Shown here piece by piece: positions 1 through 10,018 of a stretch of 64,000 nucleotides of DNA (the first letter of the stretch is position 1; each line of letters opens with the position of its first letter). A program made the translations under genes and the position numbers. Under the pieces are notes generated by a model that saw nothing but the letters and a program-made list of their open reading frames with translations, made no database searches and was not told where the DNA came from. Origin of the DNA: Clostridia bacterium (lineage in GTDB: Bacteria; Bacillota; Clostridia; Oscillospirales; CAG-272); assembly GCA_017536475.1 (NCBI GenBank), contig JAFXHH010000021.1:68431-132430 (forward strand), in the 5' to 3' direction.

Positions 1-2
1 GC

Positions 3-3000
3 ATCGGAAATTGCAGTGACAAGAAGATAATCATTCCTTCCGAGCACCTTGGCTTGCCCGTCACAGAGATCGCACTCAATGCGTTTGCCTACGCTCAAGA
101 CGTGGAGAGCGTTATCATCCCAGACAGCGTAAGGTATATAGGAGCATCGGCGTTCGAAAACTGCACGAGCCTGGTCAGCGTTTATCTTCCCGAAGGACTT
201 GAATATATTGAACGCAGAGCGTTCTTCAAATGCTCGTCGCTTACCGAGATAGTCATTGGAGAGAACGTCAGCTATATCGGTGACGGCGCGTTCCGCGCTT
301 GCAATGCGCTTGAAAAGGTATATTACAATGCAATTTACGTAAGAGATCTTGACGTCAATAACGAGGTGTTTGCTTACGCGGGTACGAATTCTGACGGAAT
401 CGAGCTTATCGTGGGCAATAAGGTAAGCAAGATCCCCGCGGGTCTCTTTGGTCAGGAGTACGGAAACTCCTCCGCTTCTCCTAATTTGATATCCGTCACC
501 TTTGAAGAGAATAGTACCTGTAAGCTTATCGGCAAGTATGCATTCTACGGCTGCTCGGGCATTACCGAGATAGATATCCCCGACAGCGTGAAGGTCATCG
601 GAGAGTATGCGTTCTACAGTTGTGGCGTGAAGACTCTTACAGTTGGTGGCGGTGTGGAAAAAATTGGTGCTTCGGCGTTCTGCAACTGCTACGGACTTGA
701 TACGATCTGCTTCAACGCCGTGAATACGTACGATCTTTCGGAACAGACAGCTCCTTTCTTCTATGCGGGAGATGAGAACGGCGAAACAAAATTAATAATC
801 GGCGCACAGGTCACCCGTATCCCTGCTTACTTGTTCTACAGAAGCTATATAAGCGGTTTTGAATTTGAGGACGGAAGCGCTTGCTCCGAGATAGCGAGCT
901 ATGCGTTCGCTGCCTCGAAGAATATGACCGAGATAGAGATCGGCGAGGCGGTCGCTTATATGGCATCCGATGCGTTTGCTTCATGTAAGGCGGTCGAGAA
1001 GATCTATTTCAACGCGATAGATCTCGTGAACGATACAAACAAGGGCTGTTTCTCAAGCGACCTCGGAGCTACGTCGGGCAATATTGAGCTCGTAGTCGGA
1101 CCTCGTGTAGAGCATATCCCCGCATATTTGTGCTACGGCATAGATGAATACGTTGCCACGGTCACATTTGCAGAGGAAAGCGTATGTCAGAGCATCGGTC
1201 GGTATGCTTTCGCTAATCTCGCAGTAAGCGACCTTGAATTGCCTGATAGCCTTGTCAGCATAGGACAAAACGCGTTCGAGGGCTGCAGCGCGATCACTGA
1301 GATCGTTATTCCCAAGAGCGTCAGAGCGATAGGAGAATACGCCTTCTCGGGCTGTACCTCTCTTGTTAGCGTGACCGTTTATGGTGGGCTGGAGGAGCTT
1401 GGATTAGATATATTCTCGGGCAGCCCGATCGAATATAAGGAATATTCGGGTGCTTACTATCTCGGCTCGGCTGAAAATCCGTATGCTTGTCTTGTGTCCG
1501 CAGTATCGACGAGTATAACCTCTTGCGAGATACACAAGGATACCAAGGTAATATTCCCCTATGCCTTCTCGAACTGCAGCTCGATCAAGGATATCGTGAT
1601 ACCCGACGGAGTTACCTCTATCGGCGTTTACGCGTTCAACAAGTGCTTTACCTTGGCTGATGTGACACTTGGAAAGGGGATCAAGGCTATTCCGGACGGT
1701 ATGTTCTCAGAATGTGACGATATTGAAAGCATAATAATTCCCGACGGAGTTACCTCTATCGGAGCAAGCGCGTTTGCTTACTGTGAGGGCATTGATGAGA
1801 TAACGATACCGAACAGCGTTACCGAAATAGGTGAATATGCGTTCTATTATTGCGAAGGCCTTGGAAGCATTACTATTCCCGGAAGCGTCAAGGAGATAAA
1901 GGCAAATACCTTCTGGCACTGCAAATATCTTTCAAGCGTTACTCTTTGTGAGGGCGTGACCTCGATCGGAGGCCGCGCATTTGCGAACTGCGATTGGCTC
2001 TCAAGCATAACTATCCCCGACAGTATCGAGCACATCGACGTATGGGCGTTCTATCAGAGCTTCTATTACGGATCCTTAGAATACAATGAGTATAAGGGTA
2101 TGTATTACTTCGGAGACTCAAAGAACCCCTACGCCGTGCTTGTAAAGCCTTCGGGATCTTTGGCAGACGGAGAGCAGTACGTTATCCACGAGGATACCAA
2201 GGTGATCATGGGCAGAGCGTTTGGCGGCAGCACTATGACGAGAATAGTTATCCCCGACAGCGTCGTCGAGATAGGCGACGAGGCGTTTGCGGAGTGCGAG
2301 AACCTGCAGAGCGTCGTTATTGGAAACGGTGTTAAGACTATTGGTAACAACGCGTTCTACTGCTGCGAGAGCCTTTCCAATATAACCTTTGGCGAAAGCC
2401 TTGCCAGCATAGGAAATCTCAGCTTTTCGGGCTGCAACTCTCTTGAAGAGATCGTATTGCCCGACGGATTGATCACGATAGGCGAGCAGGCGTTTGCAAG
2501 CTGCAATTCGCTAAAAAAGGCAGTTATCCCCGGAAGCGTAGAAGCTATGGGATATATGGCGTTCTCTGCATGCCTTGCACTTGAGGATATTACGATAGAG
2601 CAGGGAGTTAAGAGCATCGGAGAGTCGGCATTCTACAGATGCGAAGCGCTCACCGAGGTAGTTATCCCCGACGGCGTTACCGAGATAGGCAAATACGCTT
2701 TCTCGAATTGTACCTCTCTGAAGAGCGTTACGATCGGAAGCAACGTTGAGAGCATCGGAGAAGGCGCATTCAATAGCACGGCTATCGAAAAGGTATACGC
2801 TGCCGACGTAGGATCGTGGGTGAATATCACCTTTGCGGAGGAGACCTCGAATCCCCTGTGCGACGCGGATGAGTTTTACGTTGGTGGAAAGCTTCTGACC
2901 GATCTCGTGATACCCGAGGGCGTCGAGAGCATCGGCACGTACGCGTTCTACGGATACGAGGGATTTGAGAGTGTTGTCATTCCGAGCACAGTCGTTTCGA

Positions 3001-3137
3001 TCGGAAAATACGCATTCACAGAGGCTATCGGAGCCGTATACTTCACGGGATATGCTGAGGAATGGAGCTTTATCCCGATCAGCGCGAGCAACGAGGGTAT
3101 CGTGGACGTAACGGTATACTGCGAATACTCCGAGTAA
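3..3137 (+). CDS. BspA-like leucine-rich-repeat (LRR_5 type) surface protein, 5' end cut by window edge
   Basis: The frame is already open at nt 3 (IGNCSDKKIIIPSEHLGLPVTEIALNAF...), so the Met at 54 is internal. The whole protein is dozens of tandem ~23-aa units of pattern I-x-IP-x-x-V-x-x-IG-x-x-AF-x-x-C-x-x-L. Stop at 3135-3137. No C-terminal sorting motif is visible. Confidence 0.85.
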   Translation: MGNCSDKKIIIPSEHLGLPVTEIALNAFAYAQDVESVIIPDSVRYIGASAFENCTSLVSVYLPEGLEYIERRAFFKCSSLTEIVIGENVSYIGDGAFRACNALEKVYYNAIYVRDLDVNNEVFAYAGTNSDGIELIVGNKVSKIPAGLFGQEYGNSSASPNLISVTFEENSTCKLIGKYAFYGCSGITEIDIPDSVKVIGEYAFYSCGVKTLTVGGGVEKIGASAFCNCYGLDTICFNAVNTYDLSEQTAPFFYAGDENGETKLIIGAQVTRIPAYLFYRSYISGFEFEDGSACSEIASYAFAASKNMTEIEIGEAVAYMASDAFASCKAVEKIYFNAIDLVNDTNKGCFSSDLGATSGNIELVVGPRVEHIPAYLCYGIDEYVATVTFAEESVCQSIGRYAFANLAVSDLELPDSLVSIGQNAFEGCSAITEIVIPKSVRAIGEYAFSGCTSLVSVTVYGGLEELGLDIFSGSPIEYKEYSGAYYLGSAENPYACLVSAVSTSITSCEIHKDTKVIFPYAFSNCSSIKDIVIPDGVTSIGVYAFNKCFTLADVTLGKGIKAIPDGMFSECDDIESIIIPDGVTSIGASAFAYCEGIDEITIPNSVTEIGEYAFYYCEGLGSITIPGSVKEIKANTFWHCKYLSSVTLCEGVTSIGGRAFANCDWLSSITIPDSIEHIDVWAFYQSFYYGSLEYNEYKGMYYFGDSKNPYAVLVKPSGSLADGEQYVIHEDTKVIMGRAFGGSTMTRIVIPDSVVEIGDEAFAECENLQSVVIGNGVKTIGNNAFYCCESLSNITFGESLASIGNLSFSGCNSLEEIVLPDGLITIGEQAFASCNSLKKAVIPGSVEAMGYMAFSACLALEDITIEQGVKSIGESAFYRCEALTEVVIPDGVTEIGKYAFSNCTSLKSVTIGSNVESIGEGAFNSTAIEKVYAADVGSWVNITFAEETSNPLCDADEFYVGGKLLTDLVIPEGVESIGTYAFYGYEGFESVVIPSTVVSIGKYAFTEAIGAVYFTGYAEEWSFIPISASNEGIVDVTVYCEYSE

Positions 3138-3161
3138 TAAATCTTAAAAATAAAATCAAAA

Positions 3162-3214
3162 GACTGCCTTGCGGCGACCTGCTTTAAAGCGGGATCGCGG
3201 CCTGGCGGTCTTTT
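3162..3214 (+). terminator. Putative terminator after the LRR gene
   Basis: GACTGCC (3162-3168) pairs with GGCGGTC (3204-3210, one G-U pair). A structured GC-rich interior lies between the arms, and TTTT follows at 3211-3214. Confidence 0.45.
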
Positions 3215-3302
3215 GCTGTCTTTAGCTATTGACACGAGGGCGACGGAGTGGTATAATCTACTTGAAGAAATATCGTTTAAGCAAAACGAGGAGGATATTT
3301 TT

Positions 3303-4988
3303 ATGAAAAAGTTTGGATCAATGTCCCTGAAGGGCAAAATAATCCTTTCGGTTATATCGGGACTCTTATTTACGGCGGTTTCGTTTTACGTAGCGTTGCC
3401 CGCGATCAACCCGATGGCGCCTGAATTCTGGACATATCTTATGTTCGTGATAGCGTCGTTTTCTTACCCCTTCCTTTTCAAGCCGCAGGTAAAGACCGAG
3501 GTCAAGCAAAAGGGAGGAAAGACGTTCAAGAATTTCAAATTCGAGATCAACGGACGCGGAATAAATAAACTCGCCGTGGCGCTTACGGTCGCTCCGATAG
3601 TTATCCTTATAGTAGGAAGCATAATCTCCTCCGAGGTCTTCAATGCTAGAAAATACGCAAGCGTAATTGAGGTCGAGGAGGCAGTCTTTGCCGATGATAT
3701 GAAGGAGTCTGACGAGGTCACCAACATCGCGCTTATGGACGGCGAATCGGCAAGATATCTCGGAAATAAGACCTTGGGTAAGGTGTCTCACATGGTCTCG
3801 CAGTACGTTGTATCCGAAAACTACACGCAGATCAACTATCAGTACACACCAAAGAAGGTCGCAAACCTTGAGCACGCCGACTTCTTCAAATGGTTTGCAA
3901 ATATGGACGAGGGTGTTCCCGGGTACGTTATGGTAGACCCCGTAAACAACAGCGCAGAGTATATAGAGCTCAAAAAGCCCCTCAAATACGTTGAAAGCGC
4001 TTACTTCGGTGACGACCTGATGAGAAAGCTCCGTTTCGATTATCCCACCAAGATCTTCGACGATTTTATCAGCTTTGAGGTCGACGACGAGGGAAATCCT
4101 TATTATATAATCACTTGTCTTAAGCCCAAGGTCTTCCCGTTCGGAGCTATGGACGTCTGCGAGGCAGTCATTTTCGATCCCTGCACGGGTGAGAGCGAGC
4201 TTTATGCGGTCGAGGACGTTCCCGCTTGGGTAGATGCAGTCTATTCGGGCGACCTCGCAGAGCAGAAGTACAACTGGTTCGGCACTCTCTCGGGCGGATT
4301 CATCAATAGCATCATAGGAAACAAGGATTGCAAGCAGACGACCGACGATTACGGCTATATCGTTATCGGCGACGACGTTTGGTATTTCACGGGCGTTACC
4401 TCGGTCACCAGCGACGAATCCAATATAGGATTTATCATCAGCAACGCGAGAACGGGCGAATATAAGTATTATCCCGTCGTTGGCGCGGAGGAATACGGCG
4501 CTATGCACGCCGCTGAGGGTATCGTTCAGGAGAAGGGATATAAGGCGTCTTTCCCGTCGCTCGTCAACGTTTCGGGTCAGGCTACCTATATCATGGTTCT
4601 TAAGGATGCAAGTGGCTACGTAAGACTTTACGCGCTCGTTAACGTCGAGCATCCCAGCATCGTCGCAACTGCGCCCAATCAGGCAGAGGCAATGAAGGCT
4701 TATAAGGAGCTTCTCGTTGAAAACGAGATAGTTGAGGGCGAAAAGCTACCCGAGACCGAGCTGCTTTCGACAGAGATCACGGTCGAGGATATCAAGACCT
4801 ATACTGTCGACGGAAACACGGTCATTTATTTCGTTGACAAGAACGGAGTGTACTACAAGGGAATGCTCCGCGACCTCGAGCAGATGATATTCGTCGAGAT
4901 CGGCGATATGCTGCATATCCAGTATTCCAAGACCGATGATGAAAAAATAAGATTGATCGAGAGTCTTGTCGAGATATTCGAGGAATAA
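3303..4988 (+). CDS. Conserved-looking membrane protein of unknown function (3 N-terminal TM segments plus a large extracytoplasmic domain)
   Basis: ATG at 3303 is preceded by GAGGAGG (3287-3293). Hydrophobic segments are ILSVISGLLFTAVSFYVALP, FWTYLMFVIASFSYPFLF and LAVALTVAPIVILIVGSIISS. I recognise no catalytic motif. The upstream 30 codons of the listed ORF lack an RBS. Confidence 0.7.
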   Translation: MKKFGSMSLKGKIILSVISGLLFTAVSFYVALPAINPMAPEFWTYLMFVIASFSYPFLFKPQVKTEVKQKGGKTFKNFKFEINGRGINKLAVALTVAPIVILIVGSIISSEVFNARKYASVIEVEEAVFADDMKESDEVTNIALMDGESARYLGNKTLGKVSHMVSQYVVSENYTQINYQYTPKKVANLEHADFFKWFANMDEGVPGYVMVDPVNNSAEYIELKKPLKYVESAYFGDDLMRKLRFDYPTKIFDDFISFEVDDEGNPYYIITCLKPKVFPFGAMDVCEAVIFDPCTGESELYAVEDVPAWVDAVYSGDLAEQKYNWFGTLSGGFINSIIGNKDCKQTTDDYGYIVIGDDVWYFTGVTSVTSDESNIGFIISNARTGEYKYYPVVGAEEYGAMHAAEGIVQEKGYKASFPSLVNVSGQATYIMVLKDASGYVRLYALVNVEHPSIVATAPNQAEAMKAYKELLVENEIVEGEKLPETELLSTEITVEDIKTYTVDGNTVIYFVDKNGVYYKGMLRDLEQMIFVEIGDMLHIQYSKTDDEKIRLIESLVEIFEE

Positions 4989-5054
4989 TTTTCTTAATGT
5001 TTGCTTAATAATATAGTGCTATGATGTGATCGAAGAAAGGGAAGGAGGATGGCT

Positions 5055-6131
5055 ATGTCAACTATATTTGATTATTTAAGATGGCGCGGAGACCTTTCGT
5101 TTATAGAATCCCGTCTTGGAGAAATAGACAGCGCTATCTTCTCTATGATGTCATACGTCGATTACAAAAAGCTCTGTCACGGAGAGAACTGTACACTCAG
5201 CGAAGCCGCGAGCGATTACTGTACGGACGGAAAATATGAGAAGGTCAGCCTTGGACTCATATTCCCGTCAAAGCAGATAAATAGGACGTTTTGCGAGGCA
5301 GCGAGGACGAAACGCTACGGCGGAGCGCTCATAACCGATTTTGATGCCCGTACGAGCTACGAGGACGGATATCAGTTTGGCGCCGTTACCTATCATATTG
5401 ACTGTAACCGTATGGTCGTGATCTTCAGAGGAACGGACGATTCTATCGTCGGTTGGAGAGAAGACTGCCGCCTTGCGTTTCTTGACGAGATCCCCGCGCA
5501 GCGAATGGCGGTCGAGTATCTTGAGAGGATCGCTAAAAAATATCCCGACGAAAAAATATACGTGATGGGGCACTCCAAGGGCGGAAATCTCGCGATATAT
5601 TCAGCGATAAAATGCTCAGATGAGGTCAAGGAGAGAATTCTGCGAGTGTACTCGCTCGACGGCCCCGGATTTTCACACTCGATCTTAAATTCCGAGGATC
5701 ATGCCAAGGTGCAGAGCAAGATATCCGTTCTGATACCTCAATCCTCGACCGTAGGCACGATGTTTGAAAAGGGAGAGAGGTATAGCGTGGTCAAAAGCAC
5801 GAATACGGGAGTTTTTCAGCACGATCCGTATTCTTGGGTGCTTGACGGTCCTCGGTTCATAAAGCTCAAGGAGCTGTCGAAGGCAGGAAAGAAGAACGAG
5901 GAGCAATTCCGCAGACGAATGAGCAAAATGACCGCGGATGAAAAGCGCGAGTTTATCGAGACCTTGTTCGACGTCGTCGATGCAACGGGATCGAAGACCC
6001 TGACCGAGCTTGCGCGCGGCGGTCCGAAAAAGTTTAATACCATCATAAAGACCTATAACGGACTCGACAAGGAAAAGAAGGAAATGATGACCGAGATCTT
6101 CCTGCGGGTTCTTGAGTTGAAAAAAGCATAA
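5055..6131 (+). CDS. DUF2974 / Mbeg1-like alpha/beta hydrolase (lipase class-3-like)
   Basis: The N-terminus IFDYLRWRGDLSF is typical of DUF2974, and GHSKGG is a nucleophile elbow. GGAGG at 5044-5048 fits the ATG at 5055 better than the one at 5049. Confidence 0.75.
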   Translation: MSTIFDYLRWRGDLSFIESRLGEIDSAIFSMMSYVDYKKLCHGENCTLSEAASDYCTDGKYEKVSLGLIFPSKQINRTFCEAARTKRYGGALITDFDARTSYEDGYQFGAVTYHIDCNRMVVIFRGTDDSIVGWREDCRLAFLDEIPAQRMAVEYLERIAKKYPDEKIYVMGHSKGGNLAIYSAIKCSDEVKERILRVYSLDGPGFSHSILNSEDHAKVQSKISVLIPQSSTVGTMFEKGERYSVVKSTNTGVFQHDPYSWVLDGPRFIKLKELSKAGKKNEEQFRRRMSKMTADEKREFIETLFDVVDATGSKTLTELARGGPKKFNTIIKTYNGLDKEKKEMMTEIFLRVLELKKA

Positions 6132-6172
6132 AAAAATACCGAACAGCTACGTGTGGCTGTTCGGTATTTTTT
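6131..6172. terminator. Bidirectional rho-independent terminator between convergent genes
   Basis: ATACCGAACAGC (6136-6147) and GCTGTTCGGTAT (6156-6167) form a 12-bp perfect stem, flanked by an A-run on the left and a T-run on the right. Confidence 0.8.
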
Positions 6173-6179
6173 GCTTTAA

Positions 6180-6416
6180 TCATCTGATATCAACGGTTAC
6201 CTTTTTGTTGCAGCCTGCGGCAGCGGCCTTGATGACCATACGGATCGCCTTAGCGATACGACCGCCCTTGCCGATGACCATTCCCATATCGTCGGGAGCA
6301 ACACTCAAAGTAAGAGTGATACTGTTTTCGGTCTCGTTGCATACAACCACGACTTCATCGGGATTATCAACGATAGCGACTGCGATGTTACGCAGTGTTT
6401 CCTTAAGATCCACCAT
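6180..6416 (-). CDS. khpA: KH-domain RNA-binding protein (YlqC/KhpA family)
   Basis: VIGKGGRIAKAIR is a GxxG KH motif, and the gene sits directly downstream of rpsP. ATG at 6416 has GGAG 6 nt upstream; the listed start at 6428 is a TTG. Confidence 0.85.
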   Translation of the reverse strand: MVDLKETLRNIAVAIVDNPDEVVVVCNETENSITLTLSVAPDDMGMVIGKGGRIAKAIRMVIKAAAAGCNKKVTVDIR

Positions 6417-6463
6417 GAAATTCTCCAATCTTAAATCAGATATTGTTGATATTCTTTTCAGAA

Positions 6464-6706
6464 TCAGTCAACGATACCGGACTTTTTGAGAAGAGACTTT
6501 ACGGTTTCGGTGGGCTGTGCACCCTTTACGAGCCAAGCCTTAGCCTTTTCAGCGTCGATCTTAACCTCTGCGGGCTCGGTGCCGGGGTTGTAGTAACCGA
6601 TCTCCTCGATGAAACGACCGTCTCTGGGGTAACGGCTGTCAGCAACAACTACACGGTAGAAGGGAGCCTTCTTAGCGCCCATTCTTCTGAGTCTCATTTT
6701 TACCAT
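6464..6706 (-). CDS. rpsP: 30S ribosomal protein S16
   Basis: [41 protein letters not shown] is the canonical S16 N-terminus. GGAGGA RBS lies upstream of the ATG at 6706. The longer listed ORF adds 27 unsupported codons. Confidence 0.95.
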   Translation of the reverse strand: MVKMRLRRMGAKKAPFYRVVVADSRYPRDGRFIEEIGYYNPGTEPAEVKIDAEKAKAWLVKGAQPTETVKSLLKKSGIVD

Positions 6707-6817
6707 TTTTTTGTCCTCCAAAATTTGATATAATAATTTTTTATTTTCTATTTTAAGCCTTTCGGCTATAAAAACTTTTTTATGCACCGAGGTGCAATTA
6801 ATTTTCGACGAAGTTAC

Positions 6818-8167
6818 TTAGAAGGGAAGCTTCATCTTTCCCATCTGTCTGCGTCCCTGCTTGGTCTTGCCCATATCCTGGAACTGCTTCATCATCTTCT
6901 TGATCTGATCGTACTGCTTGAGAAGCTTGTTGACCTCCTCAACGCTCGTACCGCTGCCCTTGGCAACTCTCTGCTTGCGCGAGGCGTTCAGCATTTCGGG
7001 GCGCTCGCGCTCCTTTTTGGTCATCGACTTGATGATAGCCTCCTGATGCACGAGCATCTTTTCGTCTACCTTCGCGTCCTTGAGCGCACCGGGTTTCATT
7101 CCGGGGATCATACCCGCGAGCTGATCAAGCCCGCCCATATTCTTGAGCTGCTGCATTTGCATAAGGTAGTCGTCGAGAGTGAAGATCGACTGACGGAGTC
7201 TTTCCTCCATCTCTGCCGCCTTTTTCTCATCAAACTGCGCCTGCGCTTTGTCGATAAGGGTCAGCACGTCGCCCATTCCGAGAATTCGTCTTGCCATTCT
7301 GTCGGGGTGGAAGGGCTCGATCTGATCGAGCTTTTCGCCCACACCGATGAATTTTATCGGCTTGCCCGTGATGTAACGGACTGAAAGCGCCGCACCGCCT
7401 CGGGTATCACCGTCGAGCTTGGTTAGGATAACTCCCGTTATGTCGAGCAGATCGTTAAAGGTTTCCGCAACATTGACCGATTCCTGACCGATCATCGCGT
7501 CGATAGTAAGAAGGATCTCGGTCGGCTCTACCGCCGCCTTGATATCCTGAAGCTCTTTCATAAGGACCTCGTCGATCTGAAGTCGACCCGCGGTATCGAT
7601 AAACACCGTGTCATAGCCCTTCTGATTAGCCAATTTTATTCCTTCGGTAGCGATCTTGACGGGGTTCGTCTTGTCGCCCATTTCAAAAACGGGAATACCG
7701 AGCTTTTCACCTACTACCTGAAGCTGCTTGATAGCGGCGGGACGGTAGATATCGCAGGCAACGAGCAGGGGATTCTTGCCCTGCTTTTTAAGCATACCCG
7801 CAAGCTTTCCCGCGTGAGTGGTCTTACCTGCACCCTGAAGACCGACCATCATGATGACCGTAGGGGGCTTTGAAGCGACCGTAAGCTTCGAATGAGTCGA
7901 GCCCATAAGAGCCGCGAGCTCCTCGTTTACTATTTTGATGACCTGCTGTCCTGGATTGAGCGATTCAAGCACGTCTGCGCCGACCGCACGCTCGGAAACT
8001 GTTTTTATAAAGTCGCGAACGACCTTGAAGTTAACGTCGGCCTCAAGCAGAGCTAGCTTGATCTCTCTCATACCCGCCTTGATGTCGGCCTCGGTAAGCT
8101 TACCCTTGTTTTTGAATTTTTTGAAGGCATTTTCCAGCTTTTCGCTGAGATTTGAAAACATACTCAC
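6818..8167 (-). CDS. ffh: Signal recognition particle protein Ffh
   Basis: SRP54 N and G domains (GLQGAGKTT, DTAGR, TKLDGD) plus a Met-rich M domain (MQQLKNMGGLDQLAGMIPGM). GTG start at 8167 with GGAGGT 10 nt upstream. Confidence 0.95.
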   Translation of the reverse strand: MSMFSNLSEKLENAFKKFKNKGKLTEADIKAGMREIKLALLEADVNFKVVRDFIKTVSERAVGADVLESLNPGQQVIKIVNEELAALMGSTHSKLTVASKPPTVIMMVGLQGAGKTTHAGKLAGMLKKQGKNPLLVACDIYRPAAIKQLQVVGEKLGIPVFEMGDKTNPVKIATEGIKLANQKGYDTVFIDTAGRLQIDEVLMKELQDIKAAVEPTEILLTIDAMIGQESVNVAETFNDLLDITGVILTKLDGDTRGGAALSVRYITGKPIKFIGVGEKLDQIEPFHPDRMARRILGMGDVLTLIDKAQAQFDEKKAAEMEERLRQSIFTLDDYLMQMQQLKNMGGLDQLAGMIPGMKPGALKDAKVDEKMLVHQEAIIKSMTKKERERPEMLNASRKQRVAKGSGTSVEEVNKLLKQYDQIKKMMKQFQDMGKTKQGRRQMGKMKLPF

Positions 8168-8293
8168 GTCACAAATACCTCCTAATAAATATAACTTTTG
8201 CTGCTTTGCGGCAAAAATACCACTACGCCTCTCGCAATATCACTTGAGACATACTCAAATACAATTCGGCAAAGCCGAATACCGCTTTGCAGC

Positions 8294-8626
8294 TTATCCC
8301 ACGCTTGCGAGTAAAAGACGGATCTCATCCTCGATAGTTTTGGGATCTTCGCCTGCTTCACACATTGTAAGAGCGCGCTCGGCGTGATGCTGTGCGACCT
8401 TGAACTTTCTTGCAAGACCGAGTTTTTCCTCGTAGAAGAGAAGCTCCTCCTCGGCTTTCTTGATAAGGTCACGCACGCCCTGACGGGAAATGCCCATCTC
8501 CTCGGCGATCTCGGAAAGCGACATATCATTATTATAATAGAAGTCAAGCGCATCTCTGCGCCTTTCGGTCAGCACGTCGCCGTAAAAGTCAAGCAGAAAC
8601 CCGACGTTCAGATCTTTCTCAAACAT
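8294..8626 (-). CDS. ylxM: YlxM/UPF0122 putative DNA-binding protein (sigma-70 region-4-like HTH)
   Basis: MFEKDLNVGFLLDFYGDVLTERRRDALDFYYNNDMSLSEIAEEMGISRQGV matches the family, and the gene lies immediately upstream of ffh. ATG at 8626 follows GGAGGCG. Confidence 0.85.
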   Translation of the reverse strand: MFEKDLNVGFLLDFYGDVLTERRRDALDFYYNNDMSLSEIAEEMGISRQGVRDLIKKAEEELLFYEEKLGLARKFKVAQHHAERALTMCEAGEDPKTIEDEIRLLLASVG

Positions 8627-8918
8627 TTCACGCCTCCAACTTGTTTTTGCCGTTTCCGTGGGTGTAAAGTAAAACGCTTTACAGATTATAACACCCTTTT
8701 TTTGTTTTGTCAATAGTTTTTTGAAAAAAATTTTAAAAATAATCATTATATATTCTACTACCGAATTGAATTTCCCGAATTATAAGTCAAAAATGCAAGA
8801 ATATGCAGAATGTTTGCATAAAAATACGGATATTTATGCAATTTTATGAAATATACACAAAAACCCGAAAAACCTTTTGCCGAAAAGGATTAATTTCGTA
8901 GAAAGTGAAAAATGGGGG

Positions 8919-8947
8919 TTGACAAATACGTTCTTTGGGTGTATAAT
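8919..8947 (+). promoter_or_regulatory. SigA-type promoter for the amino-acid ABC operon
   Basis: TTGACA (8919-8924), a 17-nt spacer, then TATAAT (8942-8947). This is 75 nt upstream of the ATG at 9023. Confidence 0.6.
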
Positions 8948-9022
8948 GATGCAGTAATCAGCATTACGGCAATCCGATAATGCGAATAAAAATTCACATC
9001 TTGCAGAAAAGAGGACAAAACC

Positions 9023-9937
9023 ATGAAAAAAATTATCGCACTCGCACTTGTAGTACTTATGGCACTCAGCACCGTCGCAATGTTCGCATCCTGCGACAAG
9101 GGAGAGGACAGCTTATCCGCGGCTTATGACAAAGCAATGGCAGCAATCGATTACGATGCATCCAAATACACCGACACCCTCGTGGTAGCGATCTCCCCCG
9201 ACTTCGCTCCCATGGAATTCTACGACACCGCAAAGTCCGGCGACGATGCGATAGTTGGTTTCGACGTTATCCTCGCTACCTACGTTGCAAAGGAGCTTGG
9301 AATGAAGCTTAAGCTCGACCCCATGTCCTTCGACGCTTGTATGGCGGCAGTTGCTTCGGGCAACGCAGACCTTGCGATCTCTGGCTTCTCCTGGACCGCA
9401 GAGCGTGCTGAAACCTTCCTTATTTCCGATTACTACGTAGCAGGTGAGAACGAGACCGAGCAGATCCTTATCACCACCAAGGCAAAGGCGGCAGAGTTCA
9501 CCGAAGGCAAGACCGATTTCACAGGTCTCAAGATCGGTGCACAGGGCGGCTCTCTCCAGCAGCTTCTCGTTGAAGAGCAGCTCGTACCCCAGGGCGCAAC
9601 TCTCGAGCTCTTCGGTAACATCAACGACGCAGCAGTAGCACTCTCCACAGGCGACATCGACGCCCTTGCAGTTGCATACGGTAACGGTGAGGCGCTCGTA
9701 AACGATACCATCGTTCTTTCCGACTACTACTTTGAGGTAGAAGAGAAGTACAAGAACAACGTGATCCTTCTCAACAAGGATGACGCAGAGCTTCTCGAAA
9801 AGGTCAACGCGGCACTCGCAAAGGCAATGGCGGCTGATCTCTATGACGGTTGGTACGAGGCTTGCCAGATCTACGCAGAGGTCAAGACTCTCGACGAGCT
9901 CGGCTACGACGACGAGGGCAACAAGATCACCGAGTAA
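9023..9937 (+). CDS. Amino-acid ABC transporter substrate-binding lipoprotein (SBP family 3)
   Basis: Signal peptide with lipobox MFASC. DFAPMEF and ISGFSWTAER are family-3 SBP blocks. The gene is followed by a permease and an ATPase. Confidence 0.85.
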   Translation: MKKIIALALVVLMALSTVAMFASCDKGEDSLSAAYDKAMAAIDYDASKYTDTLVVAISPDFAPMEFYDTAKSGDDAIVGFDVILATYVAKELGMKLKLDPMSFDACMAAVASGNADLAISGFSWTAERAETFLISDYYVAGENETEQILITTKAKAAEFTEGKTDFTGLKIGAQGGSLQQLLVEEQLVPQGATLELFGNINDAAVALSTGDIDALAVAYGNGEALVNDTIVLSDYYFEVEEKYKNNVILLNKDDAELLEKVNAALAKAMAADLYDGWYEACQIYAEVKTLDELGYDDEGNKITE

Positions 9938-10018
9938 TTTATAAATAAAGAATAGAGCTGCCGTGCTGTGTTTCGGTACGGCAGCTCGTGTTTTGCGAAT
10001 ATAAGAACGGAGTAAAAT

